Of a DNA stretch of 64,000 bases, positions 13,159 through 25,100 are shown in pieces (position 1 is the first letter of the stretch; each line of letters opens with the position of its first letter). The notes under the pieces are model-generated. The model worked only from the letters and a program-made list of their open reading frames with translations, was not told where the DNA came from and made no database searches. The DNA is from Lingula anatina. Lineage: Eukaryota > Animalia > Brachiopoda. The position numbers and the translations under genes were made by a program. Location: positions 52,740,788-52,804,787 of the forward strand of contig CM120640.1 in the NCBI GenBank assembly GCA_051362555.1. The letters run 5' to 3'.

Positions 13159-16100
13159 CTGCAATGTGTTATGTAAGATTTGGCTATCATATAGATAAAA
13201 GACTGTACCCCTTCAATTCTAACAAGGATATATGGGCTTTGTGATGATGAAATCTGGTTACCATTCAACATAATAAATCAATGATGTGTGTGTGTGTGTG
13301 TGTGCGCGCGCGCATGCGCAGATATTCATGGCATGAGTGTGTTCCTTACATTATTGGCCTGTTCCCTAGCCTTCTGTATGCTTTCCCTGAGCTCCTCCAG
13401 GCTCTGTGACAGTGACATGTTGAGTCTGTTCAGAGCTCCAAGAGTGGTGTGGATAGAGCGGTTCACATCACGAATACCATCAAGATTATTGTTGATCTCC
13501 ATCACTAAAAGATACAAATGTTTGCATTTCATTAAAATCATGAAATGTGTCGTAATCACCATTAGAACTGGATATCTATCACTACTTAAGTGTCTTCAAA
13601 AGTTCTTTCTTAATTTTGAATCTCAGAATACAATATCCACACTGAAAATAAAATCGGTTAAAAAAATTTATATATTTATGAATCAACTATATTTCAAAAA
13701 ATAAAACATAAAATAATGAAATATATCAACCACTTACTGGTTCCAGTCATGGTCTCCAAGTCCTGCAATTCCTTGGTATTCACTTTCACAACATCAAGTT
13801 TTGGTTTGAGGTCATTGTCTAATCCTTCTTGAATAGAGTCAACACTTGTCACAGTATTCATTGCCTTTTCCAGGGCTCCAGTCGCATTATCATTAGCCTC
13901 AATGAGTTTCTCATGTATTCCTGCAGGAAGCCTGTCCATACCTTCTGTCAGACGTTCTTTGGCACTGTCCACTTCATCCATTCTCTTATTGGCCTGGTCA
14001 ATATCCTTGTCAATGCTGCCCAGAAGGTCTTTGAGGTCTTTGCTGCTATTGACCAGTCTGTTGGCTTCATTCACAAAGTCCAAGCTTGTGTTGGCTGACT
14101 TTTTGGCTTTCTCTTGCAATGTGCTGCCATCTGCTGTGGTAGTCTTGAAATGAAAACATGAACATGATAGATGTGTTATTGTTTCAGTATTTTATTTCAT
14201 ATCAATTTCTTTTAACCTGTATGTAAGTAAACTGCTCTGTGCATATACATGCATGTTTAGAACAATGTATATATTGCATACCTTATTCATGGCCTCTGAG
14301 GCCAAATCATGTGCACTCTGTGCCTCTTTCAAAGCATCATCCACAGCCACTACTATGCCTTCATACACCTGAGCAGCTTTAACTGCATCTTCTGAGGTGG
14401 CACGAGCACCCTGAAACATGCTGCAAAAAAAAAAAAAAAAAAAAACAGAGATGGATAAGTAGACAGAAATGACAAATATTATCAAATGAAATTGAATGAG
14501 AAACTAGAGGATCAGAGAGGCGATACCGCCTCCGAATATTGTACCACCAGCTGGAGCAAGCGCATTCGTATAGACCCCCACATACACAAAATAAGGGACA
14601 CAGCCACCAGTCTTTTGCTTGACAAGCTGTAAAAATGCAATCAACAAGAATTTTCAAAATATGCAAAAAAATATATCAAAAGTTCATCAAAAGGTAGGTG
14701 AAAGGTCAATTTCACAGTAAGATTGCCAGTATATGACTTCCTATTCAACTTCAAAAGTAACTTTGGACCTATCTCTGCCAGTTTGGGAGATAAAAGGGAA
14801 GCAAAATTTGCAAAGTTCAGTTCATGGTGAAAAGTAGGTCAACGGTCAATTTCAAGGTCACATTTAGATTGCCAGTGTATGACTTCCTATTCTAGATCAA
14901 TAGTAACTACGGACCTATCTCTGCCAGTTTTGGATATGAAAGGGAAGCAAAATTTTCAAAGTTCAGTTCATGGTGAAAAGTAGGTCAAAGGTCAATTTTA
15001 AGGTCACATTAAGATTGCCAGTGTATGGCTTTCTATTCAACTTCAATAGTAACTATGGACCTATCTCTGCCAGTTTTGGAGATAAAAGGGAAGCAAAATT
15101 TGCAAAGTTCAGTTCATGGTGAAAAGTAGGTCAAAGGTCAATTTCAAGGTCACATTTAGATTGCCAGTATATGACTTCCTATTCGACTTCAATAGTAACT
15201 ATGGACCTATCTCTGCCAGTTTTGGATATGAAAGGGAAGCAAAATTTGCAAAATTCAGTTCATGGTGAAAAGAAGGTCAAAGGTCAATTTCAAGGTCACA
15301 TTTAGATTGCCAGTATATGACTTCCTATTCGACTTCAATAGTAACTATGGACCTATCTCTGCCAGTTTTGGATATGAAAGGGAAGCAAAATTTGCAAAAT
15401 TCAGTTCATGGTGAAAAGTAGGTCAAAGGTCAATTTCAAGGTCACATTTAGATTGCCAGTATATGACTTCCTATTCAAATTCAATAGTAACTATGGACCT
15501 ATCTCTGCCAGTTTTGGAGATAAAAGGGAAACAAAATTTGCAAAGGTTAGTTCATGGTGAAAAGTAGGTCAAAGGTCAATTTCAAGGTCACATTTAGATT
15601 GCCAGTATATGACTTCCTATTCAAGTCCAATAGTAACTATGGACCTATCTCTGCCAGTTTTGGATATGAAAGGGAAGCAAAATATGCAAAGTTTAGTTCA
15701 TGGTGAAAAGTAGTCAGGCGGCTCAGTCCAAATTTTATCCAGAATTGTGCAAAAGATGATAACAGCATGAAATTTTCCACGATGAATGACCATTGGGTGT
15801 TTGTCAACCCCCTGATCCAAAATAGATGAACACCCAATGTTAATTCATCGGGGAAAGTTTCATGCTTTTATCATCTATTGCACAATTCTGGAAAAAATTT
15901 GGACTGAGCCACCTGACTATACCGTACTGCACATTTTGCTTTCACCACCAATATGTACTTTTTGATAGTGTAACTCGAAAACCATTTGGAATACAAAAAA
16001 ACGGAGACCACTACCAGTGTTGGGCTTTACATGCTCTACAAAATGCAAAAAAGAATGGGTCTCTAGCATTAACGGTTCCCGAATTAGAGACAGTTTTCAG

Positions 16101-19100
16101 TTTCGGCATCTTATGGCCGTTACTCCAGTGAAAATGCACCGATTGACCCCAAATTCATGGAGATGAAAGATGACTTGAAGGGTAACAATTTCCAATAATA
16201 TTATTGGTTAAGTCTGTGTAGTGTCTGAATAACAGGGAAAAAAATTTTTTCATAAAAAATATTCTTTTTTTGAAAATTTTGGCCCGTTTGACCTTGAAGT
16301 AAAGGTCAAAGGTCAAATCCAAGGGCATATTTGAAATCTACACATATGACTTTTGGAAAGCCGTCTGTAGAAATTTTTCCCATAACCCCTTCCGTAGGGT
16401 AGATAATTAGCATTTAATTTTGCCATTTTTGGACAAGGGTGCATTGCAATGAGTGCCACACCCAGACCCTAATACCGGCAAAGCCCAAATTTTACGTGGA
16501 ACGAGCTGAGATTATAGGTGACCTAAATCCAAGAGATGGGTACGGGGGCCCTTACCGTCTAGGAGGAGAAGCGATAACGGTAGCCGTCTGGCGGAGCTGG
16601 CGGAATGATCCGGACGAGACCGAAACCATGTGTACCGCCAGCGCTAACGCTGGTGGTACAATTAATACAATGGAAATTAAGAATGTATTAATAGGGGTTG
16701 AAAAATTGATTAAAAATTAATTTTTGTCTTATATAAAATTATTCATAAACAAGCACTTCAGCTTCTACCTTTACTTCAGGCATAAAAAAATTGATAACAC
16801 TTTAAAACAATAACTGATAGCATTAAAGAAGAACAAAGGTGTCTTTGGTTTAGGCATATTCCTTACTTGTCTAAGTTATCTGCTTGCATTCTCAGCTTCT
16901 CTGCCAGTTCCTCTGCTTGCCTCACTTTTGGCTCTAGATTTGGAAGATTTTGCCTCAGAAGTCCAGCAGCTATGGTCAGGTTTTCAGTGTCCTTTTTCAG
17001 CTGCTCAAGCAAGTCCTGGAACAATAAAACAAAATTCCACATAAAACTTCATAAACTATAAAAAATGAAGTTAGGAAATTTCATAATTATCATATAATTT
17101 CTTTAGAGATACACAATTTTTCATGAATACAATAAGACAAACACACAAATGTCAAAGTATAATTATTTTCAGTTTATAATGTATTATAAAATTGTAGCTT
17201 TACAGGTAACCTAAAAATACCTACCCTAAGGAATTCAGCACTACTGTTCGGTAATGTCATGTTGGCTTCTTTCAACATCTCTGAAGACATGTTCAACATA
17301 GACGAAACAGCCAGAGCTCTGGTCTGGAGAGCCCGGGTCATGTTCTGCAAAATAAAGAGAATTAAACTTGAAATATCTGACTGCAGAACAAAGTTCCAAC
17401 ACTACACAAACCTGCAGTGCAATTTTCACAATGAAAGAAAGAAAAAAACTGGGTCACCATGATATTCACTCCCATTTACCTGCAGTTTTTTTATCAGTTC
17501 ATCATTTTTCTGGTTAAGCTCCAGAGCTGCTCTAGAATCCTTGGCTGATTGCTCTGCAAGGCTGATAAGGTCATTCAACCGGTCAGCCAGCTCCTGGATG
17601 CTAATGGCAGCATCAGTCACATTGGTCAGCTTGGACTGGAGGTCACTTATACTGGACTTGAGTGCCTTGGCCAATCTGAACAAAAATTGATGAATTATTG
17701 AAGAAATTCTCTCCATGTTTTAGTCATTTGAAAAAATGATTAGTTTTTTAAAGTAACCATCTGGTGCACTGAAATGCAGTTCCATTTCTGGATGATGATC
17801 TTGCCGCTCATCTAAATTGATCCCTTAGCAATTGTATGAATGGCCCACTTTAGTACAAAATACTCATTTAAAATCTTTATCTAACTGGGTAACTTACTCT
17901 AACTCATTATCAGCATTCTCAATATTAGCTTTGAAATCCCTCTCTCTGATCATCTTCATTATGTCCTGGGCCCTCATCATTACTGAGGTCAGGTTGACAT
18001 TACCAGATAACTGATGTACATCTGGGAGGTTGTCTAGGAGATCTGATAAACAAAAGTCAAAGCAAAATAAACTACAACAATATTAATTATGTAATATTGC
18101 TTCTGATTTCCTGGTTAATTCAAATCTGTCACTGTGCACTCTCAAATTCACTGGCAAATATACAGTTGACAAATTATAAATATGTCATTTACTTTTACTA
18201 TCTACTAGTTCTGTCAATACAGGTAAGATGTGTTTGGTAATATGGCACTTCAATATTCCATGACTTATTCTCACCTCTGGCTGAAGTTATTATCTCTCTG
18301 ATCTCTTTCTCCATACCATCTGCAGTTTTGCTTAGGTTTGATGCCACCATGCTATAACCCATTGCATCATTTGCCATACTGGAAGTCTGTGCAACACAAT
18401 AAACAGTTAAGTAATTCCTCAGTGCAAAGTTATGTACAATCATGACATTGCTGACATAAGAAAATTTTTTTTTAATATGTAACTCTATTTTCTTTTTCAG
18501 TGCATAAAACGTGGAAGTATGTTCCAATATAAGTAACCACAAAATTCTAACCCTTTGCAATAAATAAAGTCCTCAAAATGACAGAAGCAGTTGGTCTCTA
18601 TGCCCTACCTGAGTATATAACTTGGTGGCATTGGCCTGAAGCTCTTTAACAATGACCTCCATATCTCCCACTTTGACTTTCCTTATAGCATCCAATTTGC
18701 CCTGGAATTTGACAAGGGGATATAGTCATTCTCTTGGTGCTTCTTTGTCATCACTTTATGCTATAGGTTATGGTTGTATTCTATGTAAGATTAACTCCTA
18801 TATAATATAGCTGTGAATCAAAGTAAATCAAATTTGCACATCACCGCCCATTTACCCAGCCATGCAAACTAACACTTTACCATGCATGTTGCTGGTACCT
18901 CTAATCAAATGTCCAAAGAAGTACCGCCATCACACTCAGATTATCTTGATTTTGAGAAACATTCTGACAGTAGTACCTGATGACTCAGGGGATCATAAAT
19001 CCTCTCCTGTGTGGTATACAACTAACACACTTACCCTAAGAACCTGGGTCTTGTTCTCCATGGCAAAGAATCTCTCCCATGGAATCACCACCATGGTGGA

Positions 19101-22100
19101 CGTGTTGACCCCTCTGACCATCACCTCCATCTCATCTACTGCCACCATTAAGTCTCTGGTACAGCCAACATCACATGCTGTAAAATATAGAGAATATACA
19201 GTCTCTGGTTGTATGCTTATAAAAATTGAATACAAGGGCATGAATTAAAAATATAAAACACAAAAATCCAAGAGTAACAGCAAATGGCTAAAATGGCAAT
19301 TTGTTAAACAATACTGACTTGTTATGTACATTGTATATGTATGTATTGAGTAAAGCAAAATCATACATAAGTGAATTACACTATTTTGGTAATTTTGACA
19401 TTTCTGACATCTTGCCACATATAATGTACATTAACTATAGAGGCAACTTGTTTGATAGTACTGCTAAGATTGGCATTAAATCTATGCAGCTTAAATAAAA
19501 GTTGAAACAATGATGATGCCAAGAATGCAACAAAAAATAGAATTTTTGTGCCTTACATTTACATCTTCCATTCACAACAGCATATCTAGGCTGACACTGG
19601 TCACAGGCCCTGCCCAGTACCCCAGGGTGACAGATACACTGGCCACTCTCCCTGTCACAAAGATTGTCCAATGAACCATCCTCACTGCAGTCACATGGTA
19701 CACATTCCCCACCCAGCTTGGTAGGATCACCATAGAAATAGTCAGAACATCTGAAACAATTTTAAGTAAGTCCAATAAAAATACTTATTGCATAAGATCT
19801 TCAAATAGAGTAATTTGTGGACATTTCAAATGAAATAGCATTAAAAAATATAATACATATTGCCAAGTTTTACTTCAGATGCTAAAGAGTGAAGTGACAA
19901 GATAACAAAGAAATCACAAAGTTACCGTTCACAATGATCTCCTTCATATCCCCTTGGACAGGCATTACACACATACCCATCGGCTGTGGCATTGGTTACA
20001 CAGGTGGGACTGAAACTGAAGAAAACAAGAACACGTAAAATTGAATTTGCCAAAAATGCACAATCAAATATTTTTATACATGTTATGTAATAATGCAAAA
20101 TTTTTGCACAAAAACATTTTGAAGAGAACAGGCTTAAAATCAAATTATTATAATTTTACATCTTACAAGTGAAAAAACACAAATAAGTCTGGCTATCTCT
20201 TACTAAACTTCATAAATAATAATGGTCTTCTATGATAAAGGTTTTTCTTTTATCTTACAAGGGGTACACAGGATGATTATACTTACTTATTCTGTGGTTC
20301 CAGTCTGGGACATCCACATGGTTGACAGGCATCCTCTCGCCCTGATGTGGCATTTCCATAGTAACCTTCAGCACAAGTATTACAGTGGTCACCTGCTGTG
20401 TTGTGAGCACAGTTCTGAAAGTAGTCATAGGTTATGGTTGTGTTAGGTGTGACTGCTGAAGTAATGATACATTAAGGAGTTAGGAGTAACTGCACTGATC
20501 ACAATCATTGGAAAAATATTTTGAGTCAAAATGAAATCAAAATTGCTCCATTTGAGAACAAAATAAAGCAGTTACGAAGAAGTAAGTTTTTCCTTACCAA
20601 GCAGACTCCAGTCTCCTTATTGCACATGTCACTGTGGCCATGACACTCACAGGGCTTGCTGATTCCTAACAGCTTGATAAGCTCAGGCTCCTCAAGGTTA
20701 CTGGATGGGAAAAAACGAAAGTAGCCAGGGGCTGGATCCTGAATAAGAGTTCAATTTAGAGTTGAAAGGTAGGTTCCTTAAACACCATGCACCTTCTATA
20801 ACATACTGCAGCATTAAACTCATCTCCATAATTAATACGTTTATATATAACATGTTATTTTATATCTTTAACTCACTATTATATTGAACTCAACAAAACT
20901 CTTGGCTCAAGATGCATAACAGCACAATCATTAAATAGCATCATGCTGAAACACAGTCCTGTATACTGATCGCACCAATTTAATCTCCTATAGGCACAAC
21001 ATCAAACATACAATTACACACCAGTTATAGTACCTGTCTTAAACTCTGTGGTGTGAAACAGACAGAAATTGTTAATACTATCACTCTGTCACACCTAGCA
21101 CACTGCCATACGTAGCACACTATCAACTGTCTCCCTCACTGTCACATTATACCTGACAAGAATGTCCTGCATACTCAGGTGGACACTGGCACCTCTCCAC
21201 ACCCAGAGCAGCCTCTCCTGCACTGGCATTGGTGGCATGCTGCAGACTCAACCCACGGATCCTATAATTAACAATGGTTTACAATGGTTGTTTTTAAAGA
21301 ACCACATAAATATAATGACATCAATCTAGCAACCAAGCTTAGAACTTTTTAAGTCAAATAACAATTTACCAAAACATATTTCAGTGCCCTTTTTATAAAA
21401 ATGCTTTACTTTAAAGCAATAATTAAAGCAGTCAAAAACCCCAGTCCATCGTGAACCTTGTCTCAGTCTATCCTGTATTACAATAACTTAATCTTGATAA
21501 GTTATCATTGTTTCAGTTAGGCATCACCACTTGACAACCTGTCTACTTACTCAGCATATTTGAGATTAGAATTCCCTGATGCTCGTATCTTGATGCTCTG
21601 TAAATTCTGCAGTCCCACCATTAACATCTCTCTGGTGACTGGCTTGCTGGGCTGGAGGGGGTCTGTCCACTGGTCCTGGAGATAACAGAAACAATCTTAA
21701 TATTATATCACATCTAGATCATCACACAAAATCAATCTGATTTGCCACTTGATGATGAACAATAAAGGTGTGTTTATATATAACAACAAAAACATATTTT
21801 ACCTCTCTCAGAAAAATCTCAAACTCATTCTCTACTCCAGGAGTCAATGGAGCAAAGTAGTCCAGGACCACACGGAAATTCCCAGTAATACGGACAAGTG
21901 GGAATCTTCTGTACTCAGAATGGTCCACTATGGGGATAGGGAGTGTGTTCAGGGAGTCTTGATCTTCAAAGTAGATCACAAACTTCAGCTTGCCATAGTA
22001 AGACAAGGTCTGAAAGAAGAAAGAACTGAAATACTGCAGGCCTTAAATCAACACTTTTTAATCTCAGATAGGCATTAATTTGACTACTGACAACACATCA

Positions 22101-25100
22101 GTTGCCTTATTTTTATACTGCAAGGTCGTATCTCTTTTGCTGACATACATGCATCCATTTTTAATTTCAAAATTTTATCTTCCAACTTTGACAATTCAAT
22201 TTGTTTATCATCTAATCACATATCACATTCTTCACCCACAATTTGTCACAGCTATAACCTCCTAACCTTATCACCCAGGAACTTCCTGGGAGCACTCCAG
22301 TATAGAGGGCGCTCCTCATCAGGTGAAGTGACAAAGATGGCATCTGCATCTGGAGGGATTACATGAAGGGCTGGTTCAATTGTGGTCACTGACACACCAT
22401 CAAGTTGCACTCTTACACTCCTTGTAGGCATTTCAGTCTTAAAAAACATGTGCGATACATTTCAATTTATGCTGTGTAAAATAAGACATTTACTGAAATT
22501 ACATCAGACTCACGTCAAGCTAAACCCTCTACTCCATCTTTAATGTAGCGGACATTGAAGTGGCTGTTTTTTTTTGTTTTTTTTTCTTGTGAAAGGCAAT
22601 AACCAAAATAAGAATATTTACTTTTCTGTTCTTAAGAAGATGATGCATTTTTTATTGTACATATCTTAAAAATTAAACGTTTACTTTACATTGGCTTCAC
22701 TGATAAATTGCTGTCAATAAGCAAATAAGCTTCCTAAAAATATTTATTTAAAACAGTCTCAGTCCCTCATTAACTTTGACCTGGGCAACCAGAATTAACA
22801 TACACAACTTCCTAAGTAGCTTAAACGGGTATTCTTAACAACCACATTTACCATGTTCCATGTGAGCTGAGCTTGTTCACAAATGTTTGACTTTCCAAAA
22901 CAGAAGCAGGAAGTACAGCCTTCAGGGTTGTTGGACTGCAGACTGAAGCTGCCTTCTTTGCAGTGTTTGCACTTCAAACCCTCAACATTCCCCTAAGAAA
23001 TGACAATACACAATTTGCACTGGTAACTTAGAACCTACATACAAAAAAATCCATGTCAAATCAATATACATTAATCAATCTAATGTAATGACTATAATAA
23101 TGAATTGATATGATGTTAATCAGATCTTACTTATTCTACATTTTACTCTATAAATGATTAAAAATGTGAACCTCTCATTTATGTTACAACCAATTTCTTA
23201 CATAAAATCTTTTTATTTTGGTCATTTTAGCAACACTTCACCCCCATGTTGACAGAGCCTAAACGTACCCTGCAAGGACACTGTCCATCTTCTTGGCACT
23301 GACAGTGACCTTTGGCATTACAGTCAGACATGACGGTTCCATTCTCATTACAGTGACAAGGACGGCAGTTAGGGAATCCAAAATGGCCAAAGCGACACAT
23401 ATCACATTTCATGCCATCATACTCTGGTCTGCACTCACATTGACCATCCACAGTGTCACACTGAGTGTCCAGGGAACCAGTCACGTTACAGTTGCATTGC
23501 TGAATGCAAAGAAAAAGAAAATATGCATACATTTTTTCTTGAATTCACAAAAATGATGAAAATATCTTTTAAAAATTTTCATTAACTAAATGAGCACCCA
23601 AATTTATTGCTAAATATAATAATTTCAAATTTAATAATTTCAGCACAAATCAAAAAGCTTTTTGGTACATCAAACTCTCATTTCAAAAACTCACTGCAAC
23701 ACACACCCCTTCTTAAGAATTAGTGGCATTAAGTACTTCTATCCTTGTTGACACCTGTTACATCTTACCTTACATCCTAACAGCTGATCATGTCCCCAGG
23801 TGTCTGGCACACAGCGCTCACACCTGTCACCCTCAGTATTGGTGGGACACACACACTCTCCTGTCACTGCATCACACACCTGCCCAGCCACAGGGCACAC
23901 AGGACATTCTGGAGAAGAAAAAAAGTATTAATTATATGGTATAAATATATTTCTGCACATTAGTAAATCATGCTGAATCAGTGCACAAGCTGAGGTAGTT
24001 AGCTTGAAAACTGAACAGAACTGTGTTAATTGTTACCTGTGCAGCCATTTGAAGAGAATCCATAGTATCCTGGTCTACACTGGTCACACTTCTGTCCAGT
24101 CACTCCTGGCTTACAGGGGCACTGACCACTGGTCACGTCACACTGCAGTGAGGTGGAACCTGTCACATCACAGTCACATGATTGACAGCCATTGCCAGAG
24201 TCCAAGTCATAGTAGTTGATCTGAAACAGTGGCAAAAATTAGGAACAGTACAATATTATTGTTTGAGATTAATTCTAATTACAGAGAGCAGTGTGAATAT
24301 TTTTATAAAATTATCTTTCAAAGTCAAATGTAGCAACCTTTGTGTTTAACAATTTTGCTATAATCAAATGCTGATGACAGTTTGTGTTATTCTATCATCT
24401 CAAAACTCTGAATTGTGGTTACTTATGCTAAACTTTCCACACCAATATAAAACTAAAAAAAGGAACATATCCAACTATCACTTTGGCCACTCTTTCCTAA
24501 TCTTTCTCAATAAAGCAACTACTTAAACATAAGCACCATGGCCAGAAAAATCGCTATCTTCAAAATTTTTCATTTGCAAGAGTTAACACTGCCTACCTCA
24601 CACTGGTCACATTTGTCTCCTATCACATTAGGCTGACAGGTACATGTCCCTGTCACCAAGTCACACTGGCTGTCATTAGAACCTTTCAGGTGACAATCAC
24701 AGGCTGGAACACACAATATGCAACCACAGTATTGTTATTCATATTAACACTGTTCAAAAACATTCATACTGTACTTGAATGGATATTTCTGAATATATAT
24801 CCAATCTACTATGATAAGTCTCAGCTGTCAGTGATGTATTTCATGCACAGGAACTGACATTTGATTTAACATTTGCACAATTGTCAACAATGAAATTAAG
24901 CTTTTGCTACTTATTTCTGCACAAAAAAAGTGCCATGTTGTTCTCATTTACTGCCAAAATTTTGAAAATGCTATGGTAACAAAAGTGATCCCCTAGACAT
25001 CTTTTTTTTCCATTTAGTATAGGAGGCAAGAAAAAACAAACTATGGAAATAGACCACATATAACTCACCTTTGCACCCTTCCTCAGAATACTCCCAGTGG

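Larger units (their letters stand above)
14502..16662 (-). mobile_element. HINE/DINE-1-like non-autonomous Helentron, family 1, copy 1
   Basis: Read on the minus strand: 5' subterminal TGTACCACCAGC with nearby inverted copy GCTGGCGGTACA, a short CCG/CCGT microsatellite, central 146-bp tandem array, 3' subTIR GCTGGTGGTACA, hairpin GAGGCG-gtat-CGCCTC, and CTAGTT end in a T-run. No TSD. Near-identical ends to 30607-34481. Confidence 0.85.

Noticed and set aside
14144-14146. Unusual acceptors at 14144 and 22438
   Set aside because: These are AAG acceptors, uncommon but canonical GT-AG; no evidence for U12 or non-canonical splicing
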